Of a stretch of DNA of 64,000 bases, positions 48,785 through 58,500 are shown piece by piece. The DNA is from an uncultured Bacilli bacterium (GTDB taxonomy: Bacteria > Bacillota_I > Bacilli_A > RF39 > UBA660). The DNA lies in NCBI GenBank assembly GCA_934090735.1, contig CAKOJR010000001.1, positions 4,682 to 68,681 on the forward strand, in the 5' to 3' direction. The notes under the pieces are model-generated. The model worked only from the letters and a program-made list of their open reading frames with translations. It was not told where the DNA came from and did no database searches. The position numbers and the translations under genes are program-made. Each line of letters starts with the position of its first letter. Within the stretch, counting starts at the first letter, position 1.

Positions 48785-50011
48785 ATGAATTTATTTGAAG
48801 ATTTAAAATGGAGAGGACTAGTTAAGGATATTAGTAGTCCAGAAATAGAAAAATTATTAAATGGAGAACCAATTAGTTTTTATTGGGGAACTGATCCAAC
48901 TGCAGATAGTTTGCATTTAGGTCATTATTCATCACTAGTAACAGCTAAAAGACTTGCTAAAGCAGGACATCATCCAATACTACTTATTGGTGGAGCTACT
49001 GGACTTATTGGCGATCCTAGACCAACAGCTGAAAGAGAAATTATTAGCAAAGAGACATTAAACAAAAATTTAGAAGGTATTTCTAAACAGGTTAGTGCTT
49101 TATTTGATGGTAAAGCAGAACTTGTTAACAATTATGATTGGTTTAAGGGTTACGAGTTTTTAGATTTTTTAAGAGATGTTGGTAAGTATATTAATGTTAA
49201 CTATATGTTAGATAAAGATATTATTAGAAGAAGATTAGAAACGGGTATTACTTATGCAGAGTTTTCTTATACATTAATTCAAGGTTACGATTTCTTAAGA
49301 TTATTTGAAGATAAGAATTGTGTACTTCAAGCTGAAGGCTCTGATCAATGGGGAAATATTACTACTGGTATCGATTTAATTAGAAAGATTACTGGTAAGG
49401 AAGCTTATGGTTTTACAATGCCACTTGTTCTTGATAAGACTGGTAAGAAGTTTGGTAAGAGTGAAGGCAATGCTTTATGGCTTGATAAGAATAAGACTTC
49501 TAGTTATGAGTTATATCAGTACTTAGTTAATGTTGATGATTCACTTGTTATTGATTATTTAAAGATATTTACTTTCTTAAGTAAAGAAGAAATAGAAGTG
49601 TATGAAAGAAAGAATAATGAGCATCCAGAAGAAAGAGAAGCACATATTGCTTTAGCTAGAGAAATTATTACAGATATTCATGGTAAGGATGAATATTTGA
49701 AAGCTAAAAAGATTAGTGATTGTTTATTTAAGGGTGATATAACTCTTTTAGGTGAAGATGAATTAGAAGATGCCTTTAAAGGTGCTCCTTCATTTGATAT
49801 TACTTTAAATGAGAAGATAATAGATATATTGGTAAACTCTAAAATATGTTCTAGTAAAAGAGAGGCAAGAGAATTCTTAAGTGCTGGAAGTATAATTGTT
49901 AATGGAGAAAAAATCAGTGATGAAAATGAAATAGTTACTGATGATAAGTTATTATTTAATAAATATTTAATTGTACGTAAAGGTAAGAAGAAATACTATA
50001 TAGGTAAGTAA
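48785..50011 (+). CDS. tyrS: Tyrosine--tRNA ligase
   Basis: HLGHY (HIGH) and KFGKS (KMSKS) motifs, C-terminal S4-like domain; 408 aa. Confidence 0.95.
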   Translation: MNLFEDLKWRGLVKDISSPEIEKLLNGEPISFYWGTDPTADSLHLGHYSSLVTAKRLAKAGHHPILLIGGATGLIGDPRPTAEREIISKETLNKNLEGISKQVSALFDGKAELVNNYDWFKGYEFLDFLRDVGKYINVNYMLDKDIIRRRLETGITYAEFSYTLIQGYDFLRLFEDKNCVLQAEGSDQWGNITTGIDLIRKITGKEAYGFTMPLVLDKTGKKFGKSEGNALWLDKNKTSSYELYQYLVNVDDSLVIDYLKIFTFLSKEEIEVYERKNNEHPEEREAHIALAREIITDIHGKDEYLKAKKISDCLFKGDITLLGEDELEDAFKGAPSFDITLNEKIIDILVNSKICSSKREAREFLSAGSIIVNGEKISDENEIVTDDKLLFNKYLIVRKGKKKYYIGK

Positions 50012-50078
50012 TCTTATCTTTTTTCTTTTATTTACAAAAAGTTAATTTGTTGTTATAATTTTTGTATAGAATAGGAAG

Positions 50079-50315
50079 ATGAGTATGGATGAAATATTAT
50101 TAGATGGTGTGATTGAAGTAAATGGTGAGAAGTTACATGTACTTTTTATGTTTGAAAATAATAATAAAAGATATATTGTATATGTTTTAGAAAATGGTGA
50201 TATTAGTGCTTCAATACTTGGTGATGATATAACATTACTTCCTATAACTACTGATGAAGAATGGGATATGGTTGATGCAGAGTTAGAAAAAAGGGATGAC
50301 ATATGGACAAAATAG
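50079..50315 (+). CDS. DUF1292 family protein
   Basis: IEVNGEKLHVLFMFENNNKRYIVYV...EEWDMV typical DUF1292. Confidence 0.6.
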   Translation: MSMDEILLDGVIEVNGEKLHVLFMFENNNKRYIVYVLENGDISASILGDDITLLPITTDEEWDMVDAELEKRDDIWTK

Positions 50316-51640
50316 TTGTTAGCTGTGAAAAAAATAAATTAACGACTAAATATTACAATAGTTTTGATGATAGTTCTTATAGTAATATCTTTTTTGGTGC
50401 AGAAGCTAAGAGATTTTTAGATGAAATCGAGAAGAGAGATGCTACTGGTGCGAGAATCAGTAAAGATGGTAAAGTGCTTAGAGTTGTTTATCCTGATAGA
50501 GTGATTTTCATTAAAGATTATAAGTTAGTGTTTGAAAATATTGATGCAAGAAGAAATATTGATAGATATAATGCTAATAAAGCTAAAAGGTATATGAATG
50601 GTACTAGGAAAGCTAAGAGAGTATCTAAGACTGGAGCTATTACTAAAGGATTATTAGTTCTTCTTATTATGGTTTCTGTATTAAGTATTAGTCATAAGAT
50701 AAAGAGTTTTGATGATCCGTTTACTCCTAATGCTAGCGCTACTTGGATGGATGATACTAATCAGGAAAGTATTGAAAAATATTTAAATGGTGAGCAGCCG
50801 ATTACGGATGATGATAAAGTAGTTTTAAATACGATAAGTAATACTACTGAGGGAAATGATCCAGGATATGATAAACTTTTATTAGATACACAGATTATAA
50901 GTTTATCTGACGTTGAAGAGGCAGAAAAGACGGAACCAACAAATGGAGAACTTCTTGCTCAAATGGTTGAGGAGAAAGATACTATTTATCATAATTTTAA
51001 TATTGATTTTAGTGATAGAACTAGTGATGAAAAAGCAGCCATAGCTAGAGAAAATTATTATAATTTGATTAGTAGATATGCGAAAACTTATGGGTTAGAT
51101 GCTAATTTAGTAATGGCAATTGCAACGCAAGAAAGAGCAGAACATAGTACGGAGATTGACCCTGGTGGTGGTATTGGTTTAATGCAAATACAGTATAGTG
51201 TTTGGGTTAATCAAGATGTTACAGCGTATAATTTTGAAACAGGTAACTGGGAGACATTTCATATAACTGATAGTAATATTAGAGAGCTTGATACCAATAT
51301 AAAGATTGGGTGTATGTATTTTCAAAATTGTTTAGTTAATATGGATTATAATGTACCAGCTGCATTATGTGCTTATAACTGGGGAACTACTAGTGCTAGA
51401 AATAAGATAAGTCAGTTTTCACAGGATAGAGGGCTTACTGTTAATGAAGTTTTAGAAGCAAATGATACTTCTTGGGTTAATTTGTTTGATGTTGATGGTG
51501 ATACTTCACTAGCTTATCCTAAAGTTGTTCTTTCTTATTATGATAGCAGTAAACCAATTATTAATGATAAAATAGATGAGAATGGTAATGATATTGTGGT
51601 AAGTACTACAGTAAGTAGTCCATTGATTAAAAATAAGTAG
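50303..51640 (+). CDS. Membrane-anchored lytic transglycosylase (SLT domain)
   Basis: TM anchor, then IATQERAEHS...GGGIGLMQIQ (catalytic Glu-Ser plus GLMQ SLT motif). Overlaps the DUF1292 gene by 13 nt. Confidence 0.7.
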   Translation: MDKIVVSCEKNKLTTKYYNSFDDSSYSNIFFGAEAKRFLDEIEKRDATGARISKDGKVLRVVYPDRVIFIKDYKLVFENIDARRNIDRYNANKAKRYMNGTRKAKRVSKTGAITKGLLVLLIMVSVLSISHKIKSFDDPFTPNASATWMDDTNQESIEKYLNGEQPITDDDKVVLNTISNTTEGNDPGYDKLLLDTQIISLSDVEEAEKTEPTNGELLAQMVEEKDTIYHNFNIDFSDRTSDEKAAIARENYYNLISRYAKTYGLDANLVMAIATQERAEHSTEIDPGGGIGLMQIQYSVWVNQDVTAYNFETGNWETFHITDSNIRELDTNIKIGCMYFQNCLVNMDYNVPAALCAYNWGTTSARNKISQFSQDRGLTVNEVLEANDTSWVNLFDVDGDTSLAYPKVVLSYYDSSKPIINDKIDENGNDIVVSTTVSSPLIKNK

Positions 51641-51648
51641 GTGATTAC

Positions 51649-53538
51649 ATGAAAGATAAAAAGAAAGTAAAAATTTATTATGGGTTACTAATAACTTTAA
51701 TTATTTTTGCAGGTGTAAGTTACGCTTGGTTTAGACTTACTAAAACTCAGGAAAATAAGAATGTTATTGGAACAAGGTCTTGCTTAGATGCAACGCTTAC
51801 TGAGGAAACTTCAAACATAGTTTTGGATGATGCTTTTCCAATAAGTGATGAAGATGGTATGAAGCAAACTCCTTTTACTTTTACTTTAAAAAATAATTGT
51901 GAAGGATATGTTAAAGTTTATATTACTATTGATAGTAAGTATAGAGAAAGTGCTAGTACTGATTATTTAAAAGATGATTATGTAAAAGCTAATTTGTCTA
52001 CCAAGGGAACTACTACGGGACAATCTACTTTATTAGCTAATAATCAGTTAATAGATTTAGAAAATAATAATAAAGGATATATTCTTGTATCAACTGGATT
52101 AAAAGCTAATGAAGAAAAGAGTTATGACTTAAGAGTATGGGTAGATAGTGAAACTACACTAGAGCAAGGATTAAATAAAAGCTGGGAAGGAAAGATAGTT
52201 GTTGTAGGCGAGGCTTCTGAAGTAGAAACTTTAAATGGTGCTATACTTGCTAGAAATGATGTGAAAGAGCCACTTACTGTGCCAGCTCAGGAAACAAGTG
52301 GCTATACTAAAGATGATATAACGAAAACCTTAACTATGAATATATCTCAAACATATCAAGGATATTATTTTACATATGGTACTGGATATGAAGCTAATGA
52401 AACTAATTTTAATTTAACTGGTGCTTCAGTAACAACTGAAACCTATGCTAATTCATATTCGAATTTAGTTGGCAAATATCTGCCTGCTGTATATGCTAAT
52501 TTTGTTAATTATAGTAATTTTTCATCAGCCACAGCGGGAACGATGAAAACAACTACTAATTTAGGAAGTGTGTATTATATTGTTAGTGCCAGCTTAAATA
52601 GTTTGACTTATAAAGAGATTTTATCAAATAAAAATCAAACAGAAGCACTTTTAGCTAGTACAGAAGATGATTATGGAATAAGTTATTATTTTAGAGGAGC
52701 TGTAAGAAATAATTATGTACAGTTTGCAAATAAATGCTGGAGGATAGTAAGAATCACTGGTGATGGAAGCGTAAAATTAATATTACATAATGATAATATT
52801 AATAATTCATCTACTCCGTGTTCATCAACGAATAATAGTGATACAGCAGCATTTGCTAGGTATTCTGATGATTTATATACTAACTCATTTAATCCGAGTT
52901 CTAATGATAATGCTTATATGGGATTTATGTATGGAACAACGGGTACAAGTAATTACGCGAGTACTCATGCCAATATTAATAAAAGCACAACTCTTGTAAA
53001 TTTAGAAGCTTGGTATGAGAAAAATAACTTAGATATGTATGTAGATAAACTAGCAGATACAATATGGTGTAATGATAAGAGTGTAGTTGATGGCGGATTA
53101 GGATATGGTTCTCAAGGTACAAATTATGGTGCACATAATAGAGTTACTAGTAGTGGAACTCCTTCATTAATATGTCCGAATGATAAAAATAATGGAAAGT
53201 TGTCTAAGTTTACTGTTAATGACGAAATTAATGGAAATGGTGCATTAACATATAAAATCGGATTATTAACTGCTGATGAAGCTGCATTTGCTGGTTTATC
53301 TGTTAATCTTCCAAATTATTCTATGTATTTATCTGAGAATGCTGAAGATATAGATTGGTGGACGTTATCTCCTAATAGTTCACAAAATAATTTATTTTTT
53401 TGGGTAGTAGAATCTAGTGCTTTACAGAGTGATCTTATCAAGAAAAATTTAGGTTTAAGACCTGCAATTGCTTTAAAATCTAATGTTGAAATTTCTGGTG
53501 GAAAAGGTACTAGTGAAGATCCTTATGTTGTTAATTGA
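51649..53538 (+). CDS. Surface protein paralog C: TasA/camelysin-like N-terminal region with SipW-cognate-type signal, conserved core, C-terminal RPAIALKS..GTSEDPYVVN module
   Basis: SYAWFRLTKTQENKNVIGT resembles the SipW-cognate signal motif; PFTFTLKNNCEGYVKVYITID TasA-like; shares the core and C-module with 757.. and 17181... Confidence 0.7.
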   Translation: MKDKKKVKIYYGLLITLIIFAGVSYAWFRLTKTQENKNVIGTRSCLDATLTEETSNIVLDDAFPISDEDGMKQTPFTFTLKNNCEGYVKVYITIDSKYRESASTDYLKDDYVKANLSTKGTTTGQSTLLANNQLIDLENNNKGYILVSTGLKANEEKSYDLRVWVDSETTLEQGLNKSWEGKIVVVGEASEVETLNGAILARNDVKEPLTVPAQETSGYTKDDITKTLTMNISQTYQGYYFTYGTGYEANETNFNLTGASVTTETYANSYSNLVGKYLPAVYANFVNYSNFSSATAGTMKTTTNLGSVYYIVSASLNSLTYKEILSNKNQTEALLASTEDDYGISYYFRGAVRNNYVQFANKCWRIVRITGDGSVKLILHNDNINNSSTPCSSTNNSDTAAFARYSDDLYTNSFNPSSNDNAYMGFMYGTTGTSNYASTHANINKSTTLVNLEAWYEKNNLDMYVDKLADTIWCNDKSVVDGGLGYGSQGTNYGAHNRVTSSGTPSLICPNDKNNGKLSKFTVNDEINGNGALTYKIGLLTADEAAFAGLSVNLPNYSMYLSENAEDIDWWTLSPNSSQNNLFFWVVESSALQSDLIKKNLGLRPAIALKSNVEISGGKGTSEDPYVVN

Positions 53539-53619
53539 TAGGTTTAGGCCTATCTTTTAGTTTGGGCTTTTTTTTCTTTCTAGATAATGTTATAATTTAA
53601 AGAGAATAGGGCTGGTGTT

Positions 53620-54522
53620 ATGAAGAATAAGAGTGGGTTTATTGCTACTAGTTTAATATATACTTTTTTTCTTGCTTTTATTGCTATATTAACTGCTCTT
53701 TTAAGTAATTATATTGCTAATAAGACGATACTTGATAGGTATAATAGTGATATTCAAAATAAACTTAATAATGGTAATGGTAGTGTTAGTTTATATGTAT
53801 CTTATGCTAGTATAGATGATGGTAAGACGATTACTAATTTAGTTCGTAATGGTAATTTTAGTGATGGTTTAAATGAGTGGAATATTCATGGTGGCGGTAA
53901 TTTTTTAGCTGCTAATTTTATTAAGCCTTGTATAATTAAGAATGGTTATAGTGGTTATTTATCTCAACCGATTAATGTTGTTCCTGATCATAAATATTAT
54001 TTAAGAATGGAGTATCATCAAGTTGGTAATAATAATGGGGATGTGTTTGTTTCAAGTGCTGTAGATAATAGTGATGTAGGTATAAATAAGGTTATTAGTA
54101 GTTCTATTAGTGGTGATGGTTGGAAAAGTATTTCAGAGATAGTAGAGTTAACTGGTAGTGAATTACTTAGAAGTATGATTGTTGGTAAACAAAGTTATGG
54201 TAGTTCTAGTACTTATTATACTAATTTACTTTTAATGGATATTACATATGCTTTTAATGATAGTGTTAGTAAAGATTGGCTTGATAATAATATAGGTTAT
54301 TTTGATGGAACGGTTTCTTTTTTAAAAAAGGATTTTGCAGATGATGACGAAATTACTTTTACATTAGTTCCTTACTCTGGTTATAAAATTAATACTATTA
54401 ATTGTGATTATGATAATTATGAAAGAACACCTACTACGGATGAAGTTGATACTAAATATTTATTTAAGTTTAAAAATAATAGTCATGATAATAGGTGTAA
54501 TATTACTTTTAAGCATGAATAG
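53620..54522 (+). CDS. Pseudopilin-like membrane-anchored protein with CBM4/9-like beta-sandwich domain
   Basis: N-terminus KSGFIATSLIY (pilin-like hydrophobic segment but no Glu+5). NGNFSDGLNEWNIHGGGN...DHKYYLRMEY...GWKSISEIVEL matches the CBM_4_9 pattern. Confidence 0.5.
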   Translation: MKNKSGFIATSLIYTFFLAFIAILTALLSNYIANKTILDRYNSDIQNKLNNGNGSVSLYVSYASIDDGKTITNLVRNGNFSDGLNEWNIHGGGNFLAANFIKPCIIKNGYSGYLSQPINVVPDHKYYLRMEYHQVGNNNGDVFVSSAVDNSDVGINKVISSSISGDGWKSISEIVELTGSELLRSMIVGKQSYGSSSTYYTNLLLMDITYAFNDSVSKDWLDNNIGYFDGTVSFLKKDFADDDEITFTLVPYSGYKINTINCDYDNYERTPTTDEVDTKYLFKFKNNSHDNRCNITFKHE

Positions 54523-54531
54523 GAGGACAGT

Positions 54532-55041
54532 ATGAAAAATCGAGGTTTTGTTTTAGTTGAAACAATTGTGGTTATTCTTGTACTTTGCGTTCTTTTGATT
54601 ATGCTTTATGGTGGGTATATGAATGTTATTAGTGCAGTTCAAAGAAAGAGTTATTATGATAATACAGAGTATATTTATAAGACTAATTTAATTAAGGAAT
54701 ATATTGAAAATAGTGGTTTTAATGGTTATGAAGGCGCTGATATGTATATTTATTGTCAGGGAAGCGCTGATTGCATATCTAGAGGAAACGATTATTTTGA
54801 AGAGTTAACTAAAAATATGCATGTTATTTCTATTTATATTATGAAGTGGTTTACTACAGATATAGCTGAGGATGAATTATCTAGTTTAGAAGCTACGACC
54901 CAAAATTATATTAGAAAATTAGATCCAACTAAGCCGACTAATGAAAATGTTTATAGAGTTATTGTTATGTTTGAAGATGAAAATAATTTAGGAAGTACGC
55001 CAACTATATATCAGTATGCTTCTTTAAAGTTAGGGGATTAA
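54532..55041 (+). CDS. Type IV pilin-like protein (class III signal peptide)
   Basis: MKNRG|FVLVETIVVILVL: prepilin cleavage motif with Glu+5. Confidence 0.7.
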   Translation: MKNRGFVLVETIVVILVLCVLLIMLYGGYMNVISAVQRKSYYDNTEYIYKTNLIKEYIENSGFNGYEGADMYIYCQGSADCISRGNDYFEELTKNMHVISIYIMKWFTTDIAEDELSSLEATTQNYIRKLDPTKPTNENVYRVIVMFEDENNLGSTPTIYQYASLKLGD

Positions 55042-55043
55042 TT

Positions 55044-55580
55044 ATGAATAAGAAGGGAATGACACTTGTTGAGATAATTGTATCGATTGTTCTGGTATCT
55101 ATTATTCTTGTTTTTATAACTAGGCTATTGATTACAGTTAATGGGTTATATAAAAGAAGTAAGTTAGAAGTTGATTTTGAAATATTAGATACTCTTTTAA
55201 TAGATGCGATAGAGTCTGATGTGAATAGGTATGGTGTTAAGGAAGTGAGCTCTGATAGTAAAAGTATAACATTTACTTTTAATGCTTATAGAGAGAGCAA
55301 ACTTGATGAGTATATTGTTAAAAAGTTATCATTAACAGATGATGGTAGTTATATAAAGTATGAACAAGTAAGTACAAGTACTCCTTTAACTAGTGATGAA
55401 AGAGCTAATAATTTTGTACGTAAGATTCCAGATGGAGCTATTTTGGATACTACCAATTGTTTTATTAATAATGAACTTTATAGTGATTCAACTTCTAAAT
55501 TATATGAAATAAAGTTTAAAATTATGTCTTCAAATGGAAATGATTTTACTGCTAATATATTTTTTAAAACTCTAGGATAG
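55044..55580 (+). CDS. Type IV (pseudo)pilin-like protein
   Basis: MNKKG|MTLVEIIVSIVLV prepilin motif. Confidence 0.7.
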   Translation: MNKKGMTLVEIIVSIVLVSIILVFITRLLITVNGLYKRSKLEVDFEILDTLLIDAIESDVNRYGVKEVSSDSKSITFTFNAYRESKLDEYIVKKLSLTDDGSYIKYEQVSTSTPLTSDERANNFVRKIPDGAILDTTNCFINNELYSDSTSKLYEIKFKIMSSNGNDFTANIFFKTLG

Positions 55581-55590
55581 AGGTGATTTT

Positions 55591-58500
55591 ATGAAAAGTA
55601 ATAAGGGTTTTACAATGGTAGAACTTCTTGCTGTTATTACAATTTTATCTGTTATTATGATTATTTTAATACCGGCTGTTGATAATATATCTAAAAGTAC
55701 TAAGGAGAGTATATTAAGTTCAAAAATTAATACTATAGAAACAAGTGCTTCAAAGTTTGGTGAGGATAATATTAATAATTATCAAAAGTGTACTAATGCT
55801 TTAGAGGGCGGGGCAATTGGTGGATATGTTTATACAGGTTGTTTGATTAGTGTTACTGATTTGGTTAGATTAGGTTATTTGGAGTTTGATACAACTAAAA
55901 ATGGTGCTAACTTTATTAGTAATCCAGTTACTGGTGGAAGTATAGATGGTAATATATTACTTTGTTATGATCCTCATACAATAACAGTTAATGCAACTTT
56001 TTATAATAATGGTGATGTAAATTATTCGTGTCCAGCAGTTAGTGATAGTGGTAATTATTCACTTAATTTAGGAGCTACCAGAAAAGATTTTTATTGGGGT
56101 ACTCATGAAGTATTTAAAACTAAAATATATACTAAAGGTGATTTTAAGAATATAACTTGTAGTGTTGATGGACCATTTAGCTGCTCTATTTCTGGTGATG
56201 ATTTAACCATTACTTTAAATGATAGTGGTACTGGAGCTAATGGTAGTTATCAAGTACAAGTAACGGCTACTTATAATGAAAATAGTGAAGATAAGAATCT
56301 TTATAGAAGAATGAATTTAGGTGTGTATGTTGTTAATTTTGATATAGATGATTATACACCGGGAATGTGTATGAAGACTTTTAGTAATGAGGTATTTAGA
56401 ATTACTGGTGAAAATTATGGTAAGTTTTCTTTGGAAGATGTTAGCGATGGATTAAATGCTACTATTAAAGATGATGTTCTTTATATGAATAGTGGTTCTG
56501 TTACTGGCGAGCAAAGTTTCCTTATTAAAGAAGATCATGCTGGTTTAACTAAACAAATTTTAAGAGAAGTTTATAATTTAAGTGTAGAAACGCAAATTAC
56601 GAATGTTATTGTTGGAGAAGCTGCTACTAAGGTAGAACTTAAGGCAGATGGTGCTGGTGATTTAAAGATTACGACTGATAGTGCAGCTGCTAGTTTATCT
56701 TCAAATAATAGTTCTTTTTCAAGTACAATAACTTTAAGAGGTCAAAATTATTTCTATATAAGAGGAAATAGTATTGGAACGGTTAATATTACGATAAAAG
56801 GCTCTTTATGTGGTGAAACTAGTTTTAGTGTAAATGTATCTAATATAAAACTTGATAACCAGGATATTCCTAAGTATTTATATTTTAACGGAGGCACAAG
56901 ACGAAATAATGATAAGACTCAGTTTAAGTCTAAAATAGTTGGTAGTACAGTTAATGATTTTTCATGTACTGTTTATAAGAAGAATGGTAGTAATTATGTT
57001 CAAAATGATGAATATTTAACGTGCTATATCGAAAATGATACTCTTACTATAGAAACAACTTCTGGTAATAATATTTTTAGTAATGTTACGGATTTAAAGG
57101 TTAATGTAAAGAGTGAAACAAATGGTTCTTTAGATATTTATATACCAATTATATATAGAACTAGTATATCTTTTAAAAAGAATGGTAGTAAAGTATCTAG
57201 AGTTTGTAAAGAACTTAATTCAAGTGCTGGGCTAAGTGATGAAACTATTTTGATTTATGGAAATAATTTAGGAGTTCTTAGTAGTGATGGCACTAGTTGT
57301 AATAGTAATACTACTAATATTGTTTTCGATAGTATGATAGATTATTATTTAGTAGATGTAGGTGATCCAATAAATCCAACTATTTCAATTACGAATAATT
57401 GTGCTAGCGTTTCCGATAGCTATGGAAAGATGGTTTTATCAAGACATAATGTTACTAGTTCTCAGTATAATAGTACACTTCCATATAAGCTTGGAAGAAC
57501 TAATACTGGTAGAGAGATTGTCTATATCAGAGAAAATAATGGTAATAGATTAGGTGCTCTTTATTATCACATTTATTCTTTAAATAGTAGCTCTAATTCT
57601 GTTACTTTAGGTGTTGGAAAGCAAAGTGCACAGATAAGAATTAGTTATGCTGCAACTGGTAGTGTTAGTTATAGGATTGCAAATAAAGATGTTGCCAGGG
57701 TTAATGTTATAAGTAGTGATACATTTTCTTATGATGATAATATTAATAAGACTTTTACTGATATAATTACAATAACAGCACTTAGAACGGGCACAACATA
57801 TTTAACTATAAGTGGAAAAGAATGTGGGACGTTTACAATTCCAATTTATGTTACAAATGTTTTTGCAATAAATTTAGATGGTGGCATATATGGAACTGTT
57901 AGTCAGTCATCTTTAACTTGTACTGAATCTAGACTTAATTCTGGGTGCTCTGTAACTTTACCTGACTTTACTGTACCTAGTGGAATTACGAAAAAAGGTT
58001 GGAGTACTAATCCAAATGGTGGTAATGTCTTAAGTGTTGGTAGTAGTGTTATGATTAATAATAATACTAAAGGAACTACTTATTATGCAATAGCAGATAA
58101 TCCAAGACCTAGTTGTTTATTTACAAATGTTCCTAGTGATATTTATGGTAAAGATAAAGTTTATATAAATTGTACTGATGTTGGTGGAGGCCTTTCTAGT
58201 GATACGATAAGTACTAGTAGTATAAGTGCTAGTAATGAAGTTATAGTAGAAAGTGTTAGTAAGGTTAGTAATATAACTAATGGATATAAGTTTGAAGTTA
58301 CAGTAAATCCAAATAATTATTATGGACCATTTACTCTTACATTAAATGAAGGAGCTGTTAGTGATGTATATGGATTTTCTAATAAAAAGGTTGTAACTAG
58401 TGAGATTATTAGTGCAGAACATGAATATGTAAGTTTTTATGAAATCGGTAAGGACAATAAAGAAGATTTAATTGCTTTCTTATATGATAATAAGGATATT

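Noticed and set aside
50042-50302. 86-aa minus-strand ORF
   Set aside because: Antisense to the DUF1292 gene; Ser/Ile-rich low-complexity.
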